Positions 58,968-64,000 of a DNA stretch of 64,000 bases are shown in pieces. Numbering within the stretch: position 1 is the first letter of the stretch; each line of letters starts with the position of its first letter. Position numbers and translations under genes: made by a program. The DNA comes from an uncultured Chloroflexia bacterium (GTDB lineage Bacteria > Chloroflexota > Limnocylindria > Limnocylindrales > CSP1-4): contig CAVXTU010000001.1 of the NCBI GenBank assembly GCA_963764785.1, positions 222,015 through 286,014 of the forward strand. The letters run 5' to 3'. The notes below the pieces were generated by a model. That model made no database searches and was not told where the DNA came from. It saw only the letters and a program-made list of their open reading frames with translations.

Positions 58968-59898
58968 CGCAGGGCCTTCGTGCCGCCGGCCAGGCGGAAG
59001 ACGATGAGCGAGACGACGAAGATGATGAAGGCGAGCACGATGCCCATGGCCGCGGCGTCACCGAACTTGGCGGATGTGAACGCCGTGCGGTAGATGAGCA
59101 GGCCGACGGAGAGTCCACCTCCCGATGGCGAGTTGCCGCCCGGCCACAGCAGGAACGGCTCCACGAAGAGCTGGAATCCGCCGATGACCGAGATGATGAG
59201 TACGAAGATGATGGTCGGCCGCATCAGCGGCACCGTGATATGCCAGAACATCTGCGTGCCCCGGGCGCCATCGATCGCTGCGGCCTCGTACAGCTCGCGG
59301 GAGATGTTCACGAGCCCGCTGTTGAAGTAGAGCATGTTGATGCCGACCCAGCGCCAGACGGCGATGATGAGCAGCGACGGGATGGCCAGCGATGCCGATG
59401 TCAGCCAGGGCTTGGGGTGGCAAACCCATGCCGCTGAGCGCGGAGTTCAGCAGGCCGTTCTCCGACGAGGATGGCCCGGAAGAGGAACGACACGACGACC
59501 AGCGATGCCAGCGCCGGGATGAACATCGCGATGCGCCAGGCGAGCGGCCTGTACGTGCGCCCGCGGTCCAGCAGCGCCGCGAGCGCGAGCGGGATGGGGA
59601 TGAGGATGATGAGCGTCATGACGTGTAGACGAACGTGTTCGACCATGGCCTTCATGAATTGCGGGTTCTCCAGGATGCCCTGGTAGTTCTCCAGCCCCAC
59701 CCAGTCGTTCCCCGCCAGACCCTGGACATTCTGGAAGCTCATCTCCACGGCCTGGATGAGCGGCCAGATGCGGAACACCAGGAAGACCAACATGAACGGC
59801 AGGAGGAAGACGAAGGGTGCCAGGCGTGCATCGAGGAGCGACCAGCGTCGTCGGCCGACCTCCGAGCGCGTCTTTGGCGTCTCCGCCGTGGTGGTCAT
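58964..59898 (-). pseudogene. sugar ABC permease (MalF-type), 2 frame breaks
   Basis: MTTTAETPKT...FLFRAIL (59401-59898), then SENGLLNSALSGMGL, then KPWLTSASLAIPSLLIIAVWRWVGINMLYFNSGL...AAAIDGARGTQMFWHITVPLMRP...* (to 58964). Breaks are near 59460-59469 and 59410-59420 (a CCCC run). Confidence 0.8.
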
Positions 59899-60003
59899 GG
59901 GTACACGTCCTTGGCAAACCTCAGAGGGTGAGGGAGGGCACCGGACGAACCGCCGCCCTCCCCCTGGACCTGGTCGCCGAGCGCGCCCATGTCCGGCTCT
60001 CGG

Positions 60004-61302
60004 TCAGCCCTGCGCTTCGGTCAGGGACTGAGCGTCCGGGAGCGCGTCTGCCGCGGGCACGCCCTCATTGATGATGGCCGGGATGATCTGCTCCGAGAGC
60101 ACCGTCCGAGCCTCCGGATAGAGCGGGCCGGTGTACTCCGGTGCCACGTTCCCGAGTTCGCTCTTGATGATCTCGAACGGCACCTCGCCGCTGAAGCAAT
60201 CATCGGCGCACGAGCAGGTCGGGATCCTCGTAGACATCGGTGCGATACGGATCGAACCCGAGGTCCGTGTAGAGGGCCTTCTGCGCGTCATACGTGAGCT
60301 TAGCGAAGGCCAGGAACTCCTTGGCCAGCTCCTGCTTCTCAGGCGCGGTCTGGTCGGTTACGGCCGTGCCGGTGCCGCCGCCCATCGTCGTGGTGAAGCC
60401 ACCTTCCTCGAACATCGGCATCGGCCGCACGATCATGCTGCCGCACAGGCTCGGCATGTTGTCCGGGAAACGAGTCATGTACCACTGCGGCATCCAGATC
60501 GAGGCGATGTTGCCGTTCGTGAACTCCGCCTGGAATTCAGCGGAGTTGATATCGCCGGCCGTAGCCTCGACGGCGATGCCCTCGACGTTGACGAGGTCCG
60601 ACATGAACTGCAGAGCCTCGACGTTCTCCGGGCTATCCAGCACGAGGTTGCCGTCCGCGTCATAGACGTGGCCGCCATTCATGTACATCAGCGCGTACGG
60701 CGAGAAGATCGACCTCAATTCCACGGCCGTCCAGGACTTGTCCGGGAAGGCCTCCTTGAACTGCTTGCCCGCGGCGATGTAGTCGTCCCAGGTCTTGATC
60801 GTGTCGGGATCGATGCCGGCTTCGTCGAGGAGCGCCTTGTTGTAGTACATCAGATAGGCGCCGAGGTGGTAGTCCATGCCCAGCTGCTTGCCGAAGGCCT
60901 GGTACGGCGCCATTCGGCTGGCGACAGGTCTGGCAGGTACGGCTCGACGACGTCGGTCAGGTCGAGCAGGTGGACATTGTCCTCGGACTTCACGTACCGA
61001 GCGAACTTGCCGATCTCGATGTCGACGAGGTCCGGTGCACCATCACCGGCCAGGAACGCCGAGAGCAGGTTGTCATGCATCTGGTTGTAGTCGATCGCCT
61101 CGTAGGTGAGGTTGATCGGCCGATCCGGATTGGCTTCGTTCCAGCGTTCTGCCTGTTTGACCATGAACTGGCCATGGCGGTCCACGAAGACCCAGCGATT
61201 GAGGTCCGTGGGTTCCTGCGCGACGGCCGCCGCTGATGCCAGTGAGCTGGCCGCGAGGGCCATGCCGACAACGGCCGCAAGGGTGCGCTTCGATCGAAGC
61301 AT
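60004..61302 (-). pseudogene. sugar ABC substrate-binding protein, 2 frame breaks
   Basis: Signal peptide MLRSKRTLAAVVGMALAASSLASAAAVAQ...VVEPYLPDL, then VASRMAPYQAFGKQLGMDYH...YEDPDLL, then ADDCFSGEVPFEIIK...*. Breaks are near 60921-60930 and 60200-60215. Confidence 0.8.
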
Positions 61303-61411
61303 GTTGCCTCCTCCTTGAGTTGTTCCGAAGAGCGTGAGATCCGCGCTCCATCAGCGACGGACCACCTATCTGGCGAGATCGGAGTTGGTCGGTTGCCCTC
61401 CTTTCGGGTCG

Positions 61412-62972
61412 CTACAGCGTGAAGATGAAGCCGGTGATCGAGAGCGATGGGAGCGCGGCCACGAACGTTGGCCCGGAGCCGAAGTCCCGGGTTTCAGTGT
61501 GGGTAGCGACGAGGTCGCGATGATCGAAGGTGTTGGCCGCGCTGGCATCCGGCCCCGTGATGGTGTGGACCTCGACTGCTGGCTTTGGCCGGGCGGGCTC
61601 GAGCTTGATCTCGACCTCTCGTTCGGCGTCGACGTCGCGGTTGACGACGTAGACGGTGACGCGCCGGGCGTCCTCATCGAGGGTGGCGGAGACGTCCAGC
61701 TTGCGCACGCCGCGGCGCTCGCCGTGCGCCTCAGCAGCCTTGAAGTTGTCATCGATGCGCCGAGCGCTGTAGGTGTCGCTACTCCAGGTCGCGTCCAGCG
61801 CGATGGGCCCGGAGGTCTGCGCGTAAAGCTCGAAGGCGTAATGGGTCGACTGCAGCAACAGGTCGTCGGTCGTGGCGATCATCGGCGCGATGGCGTTCAC
61901 AAGCTGCGCCAGGTTGGCCATCTTCACCGTCCGGGCGTGGCGGAAGAAGGCGTTGAAGTGCATCGCTACCACCAGCGCATCTGCCAGGTCGTAGGTCTCC
62001 TCGAGCTGGTTGAAGGCCGGGTCCCTGGGGTCGTTGGGGGCCTTGTACCAGACGTTCCACTCGTCTACGGCGATGGGGATCGGCGACATCGGCGGGCGCC
62101 TGAGCGTGACCGACGCGCACAGGCCCTCGATGATAGTCAGGCGCTCCTCGATAAGCTCCGAGACCGCCAGGTACGCGGGCACGTCGCCGATCGGATTGCC
62201 GACGTACCAGTGGATCGAGAGGTAGTCGATACGTTCGGCCGCCTGTTCCAGGAGGACGGCGACGCGTTCGACCGGGTCGCCCTCCCAGAATGAGACGGCG
62301 GACGCGATGAGCTCGATGTCCGGGTCTGCCCAGCGCATGACCTTGGCGTACTCGGTGTAGGTGCGGGCGTATTCTGCGGCCGTCTTGAAACCCACTTGCC
62401 AGGCCCCATCGACCTCGTTGCCGATGCCCCAGTAGCGCACTCGATGTGGCTCAGCGAAACCATGCGCCTCTCGCAGCTTGACGGGGGCCGTGGGCTGGGT
62501 GCCGTTGCAGTACTCCACCCAGTCACGGGCTTCGCGCAGTCGCCGTCGCCCGCGTTGACCACCAGGTAGGGCTGGGCACCGAGACGACGACAGAAGCCGA
62601 TGAATTCATTGGTCCCGAACGTGTTTGGCTCGACGGAGTCCCAGGCAGGCTCGGCTCGCGCCGGGCGATCTGCGACGGGCCCGACTCCATCTCGCCACCG
62701 GTATGCGGACACGAAATTGCCGCCCGGGATAGCGGACGTTGGCGTAGCGCAGCTGCCGGGCTGCCTCGACGACGTCCTTCCGCAGGCCATCATCGTCGGC
62801 ATGCGGAGACCGGGGATCGTAGATGCCACCGTAGACGCAGCGCCCAAGGTGCTCCACGAAACCCACCGAAGACGTTGCGATCGATGTCCCCGACGTGCCG
62901 ATCAAGATCGATAGCAATCCGGTCCACCAGTTGGTCCTCCGCCAGCTCTGCCCTATCGCTGGGTCGAAGCAT
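61412..62972 (-). pseudogene. GH51 alpha-L-arabinofuranosidase, 3 frame breaks
   Basis: ATG 62972 gives MLRPSD...DRNVFGGF, then [15 protein letters not shown]...VRYPG, then [15 protein letters not shown]...VVNAGDG, then LREARDWVEYCNGT...WGIGNEVDG...DEWNVWY...*. Breaks are at the TTT run 62859-62861, the GGG run 62723-62725 and near 62535-62545. Confidence 0.8.
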
Positions 62973-63312
62973 ACCTATGCTGTACCACGATTGCACCCCC
63001 GACGAGCATTTCTTCGGCAGTTCCCGGTTGAGGTCCCTCGGTGGCCACACCCCCACTTTCACCGACTCAGGCATTGACACCCCTACAGGCCCGATCTACA
63101 GTCTCCGGCAATGATACCGGTACTGTTACCGGCCCTGCGGCATAGGACCAAGCAAGCCTGAGAGCAACGAAAGGCGGAAACATCGTGAACAAGCCAAGCA
63201 GGCGCCTCATGGGCCGGGGCCGCGACGGGATGCAAGTCCGAAGGAGCTTCAAGCCCACACGCGACAGCGACGAAGCGATGGGGCTCGTGATCGTGATCGC
63301 TGGGCCGTACCA

Positions 63313-64000
63313 ATGACGCCAAAGACGCAGGGGACACCTCCGAGTGCGTCCAGGCGCGTCCTCGCGCACGAGACCGGCGCCCGTGGGCTCACCATCCGAC
63401 TGGATGACGGTCTGCTATCGGTCGAGCCGGAAACGCCTCGGACCTTCAGGGTCCGTTTCACCCTGGAGGACGAGTTCAGCCGCAAACCGAGCCTGACCGT
63501 CTCGATGGATCCGTCGGGGGCACCACCGGTCCCCTTCCACGTCGAGGCGCGCGATGCCAGCCTGGTCATCAGCACCGAGGCGCTGTCCATCGAGATCGAC
63601 CGTGAGACGGCCGCCTTCACGTACCGGGATGCTGCTGGACGACTGCTCACGCGCGAGCCAAGGCGAGGCGGCAAGACACTCGAGCCGACGGATGTCGTGG
63701 TCTCGGACTTCCGGGCTGCCTCGACCGACGTCAGTGACAAGTACATCGATGGGCTGCGCATGGAAGTGGTCGGCGTGCGCCAGGTCGTGGATCGGCAGGC
63801 GTACCACACCAAGGTCGAGTTCGAATGGGCGGAGGACGAAGCGCTGTACGGGCTGGGTTCCCACGAAGAAGGCATGTTCAACCTTCGGGGGCGTCGCCAG
63901 TACCTCTATCAGCACAACATGAAAGTGGCCGTGCCCGTGCTCGTGTCGTCGCGCGGTTACGGCGTCTTCTTCGACTGCACGTCGCTGATGACCTTTCATG
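63313..64000 (+). CDS. GH31 family glycoside hydrolase (alpha-xylosidase/alpha-glucosidase-like), N-terminal part; continues past the window
   Basis: This frame is open from ATG 63313 to the window end and is not in the ORF track. It translates ...TKVEFEWAEDEALYGLGSHEEGMFNLRGRRQYLYQHNMKVAVPVLVSSRGYGVFFDCTSLMTFH, a GH31 N-terminal pattern. Confidence 0.7.
   Translation, partial: MTPKTQGTPPSASRRVLAHETGARGLTIRLDDGLLSVEPETPRTFRVRFTLEDEFSRKPSLTVSMDPSGAPPVPFHVEARDASLVISTEALSIEIDRETAAFTYRDAAGRLLTREPRRGGKTLEPTDVVVSDFRAASTDVSDKYIDGLRMEVVGVRQVVDRQAYHTKVEFEWAEDEALYGLGSHEEGMFNLRGRRQYLYQHNMKVAVPVLVSSRGYGVFFDCTSLMTFH

Noticed and set aside
63115-63132. TACCGGTA-N4-TACCGG in the divergent GH51/GH31 intergenic region, considered as an operator.
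   Set aside because: It is short and imperfect, has no second copy in the window, and no regulator gene is nearby to link it to.

Overview
GC-rich bacterial chromosomal segment; third codon positions are almost all G/C. Gene content looks Actinomycetota-like (F420-type Ddn/PPOX enzymes, LigD, TTGTCCACA-type DnaA boxes), but that is inference only. I call about 64 protein-coding genes and 2 tRNAs (Glu-CUC, Gln-CUG). I saw no rRNA, CRISPR array, transposase, integrase or phage genes. Most long ORFs antisense to these genes in the six-frame track are high-GC artefacts.

Content, in order:
- Small redox and acetyltransferase genes, a FucI-family isomerase and a GH15 hydrolase.
- A dgcN/dgcA-like D-glutamate module.
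- A carbohydrate locus at 17.5-26 kb: SIS protein, GntR/HutC regulator, ABC importer, GH4, LacD/YihT-type aldolase and PfkB kinase. It carries two copies of a 20-bp palindrome.
- A second sugar ABC operon with an amidohydrolase and two unknown genes.
- lpd-E2-lipA, then plsY, mutY, PBP1A and LigD.
- A polar amino-acid ABC system.
- A DeoR regulator with a fused E1alpha/beta and an E2.
- A DapA-like/FGGY/class II aldolase/HAD operon beside tRNA-Gln.
- A GH51 + sugar ABC block and the start of a GH31 gene.

The most striking signal is about 22 single-nucleotide reading-frame breaks in otherwise well-conserved genes. Half of them fall in one 4.9-kb block (58.1-63.0 kb). This means either locus decay or systematic indel errors in the assembly, and every broken gene call depends on which it is. 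All family assignments come from motifs read by eye, not from database searches.
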